From assembly GCA_964416445.1 (NCBI GenBank), contig CAYQEE010000006.1, positions 21,230-85,229 of the forward strand: 64,000 nt of DNA, in the 5' to 3' direction. The notes under the pieces are model-generated. The model worked only from the letters and a program-made list of their open reading frames with translations, searched no databases and was not told the DNA's origin. The translations under genes were made by a program, and so were the position numbers. This stretch comes from an uncultured Gammaproteobacteria bacterium (GTDB lineage: Bacteria > Patescibacteriota > Microgenomatia > Levybacterales > UBA12049). The first letter of the stretch is position 1. Each line of letters begins with the position of its first letter. Below, in pieces: positions 63,198 to 64,000 of this stretch.

Positions 63198-64000
63198 TCG
63201 TTATACTCACATGAATATTCTTAGAGAACCGAGGAAGTAATTTAGGTAAGAATGGAATATTAGGTTGGAGTTGTATAGCGACATTAGAAACTTGCGGATA
63301 TTTTTGAATAATGGATTGTGCTTGATTGAACGATTTTCCCGTAATATCTTGGGTAATGGTTTGTGTATCAAGTTTCGGGAGGAATGACGCTTTCATATCT
63401 AATGATCCACGAAACGACTGATTATCGTTCTTTGGATCACTTACCGTTGCTTGTATACCATTTGGTGAGAGTGTCGAATTGGAAGGAATTTTTCCTTGGA
63501 ATATGCTTTGAGAAAATGATTGTAAATCATTTTTTGTATAACTTGCGCTATGATAGGTAATCGTAGCATCAAGGCTTACTGATTTCGCTTGGTCTCCAAC
63601 ATTTTTACTAAATGTTTTTTTCGTTACTTCTTCTTTGGTAAAGAAAGGTAATACAACTTTGTCATTACCAGCAGTATTTGAAATATCAGTTTGTGCTTTT
63701 GTTTCAAGATTTTTGGTAAGATTGCTTACGAGTGCATCCTCATCTTTTTGAGAAACTACCGTAATATTTTGCTGAGTTCCTCCACTAAAAGCAGCATCGT
63801 TTTTTGCACTGATGCTTCCTTTATCGAGTCCATTAATCGTAAATTTTGTACCTGAAGGTAAATTATAGTTTGGGCCAATATCATTCGCGGTGACTGAGAC
63901 GTTGGAGATTGTTACTGGTGGGTCAGAAATATCTCCTGAAAATGAACCAACGTTAACAGCATTAGTTAATGTAAACACTAATCCATTATCAGAAGTTAAT
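63190..64000 (-). CDS. Partial (C-terminal part) secreted or surface protein upstream of and overlapping the sortase gene. It continues beyond the right edge.
   Basis: The frame is open to the window end (the track start is a GTG codon). The sequence is Ser/Thr/Asn-rich and beta-rich. I see no LPXTG. Confidence 0.5.
   Translation of the reverse strand, partial: LTSDNGLVFTLTNAVNVGSFSGDISDPPVTISNVSVTANDIGPNYNLPSGTKFTINGLDKGSISAKNDAAFSGGTQQNITVVSQKDEDALVSNLTKNLETKAQTDISNTAGNDKVVLPFFTKEEVTKKTFSKNVGDQAKSVSLDATITYHSASYTKNDLQSFSQSIFQGKIPSNSTLSPNGIQATVSDPKNDNQSFRGSLDMKASFLPKLDTQTITQDITGKSFNQAQSIIQKYPQVSNVAIQLQPNIPFLPKLLPRFSKNIHVSITNE

Overview
This is an AT-rich (~36-38% GC), gene-dense bacterial window with standard stop-codon usage. 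Several features suggest a reduced-genome lineage such as CPR/Patescibacteria: short essential proteins (IF-2 of 480 aa from the G domain onward, HrcA of 243 aa, DnaJ without a zinc finger), many GT-C-fold membrane glycosyltransferases, a type IV pilin and a sortase. That lineage call is inference, not a search result.

The housekeeping content I can support is groES-groEL; an F1Fo ATP synthase operon (b, delta, alpha, gamma, beta, epsilon) with no recognisable a or c subunit genes; hrcA-grpE-dnaK-dnaJ with a CIRCE operator; nusA-infB-(DHH-like)-rpsO-pnp-rnj; and ftsK, rodZ-like, mltG, metG, trxB, ung and tatD.

The accessory-looking content is:
- a tightly overlapping minus-strand cell-envelope glycan operon (TatD, processive GT2, ArnT/PMT-like GT-C, MraY/WecA-like GT4, UbiA-family prenyltransferase), with a GT2 and a PEGA/SH3b surface protein alongside;
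- two further giant GT-C-like membrane proteins (a DUF2723-TPR type and a 604-aa polytopic type);
- a GT1 UDP-glycosyltransferase next to a type II (Ser-like) tRNA whose anticodon loop reads ACU, followed by several proteins with no recognisable family;
- a membrane-anchored Hsp100/Clp ATPase co-transcribed with a small membrane protein;
- a frameshifted alpha/beta-hydrolase pseudogene;
- a GC-elevated, hairpin-rich region at 24.2-24.5 kb that may be a small structured RNA.

I found no rRNA, CRISPR array, transposase, integrase or reverse transcriptase.
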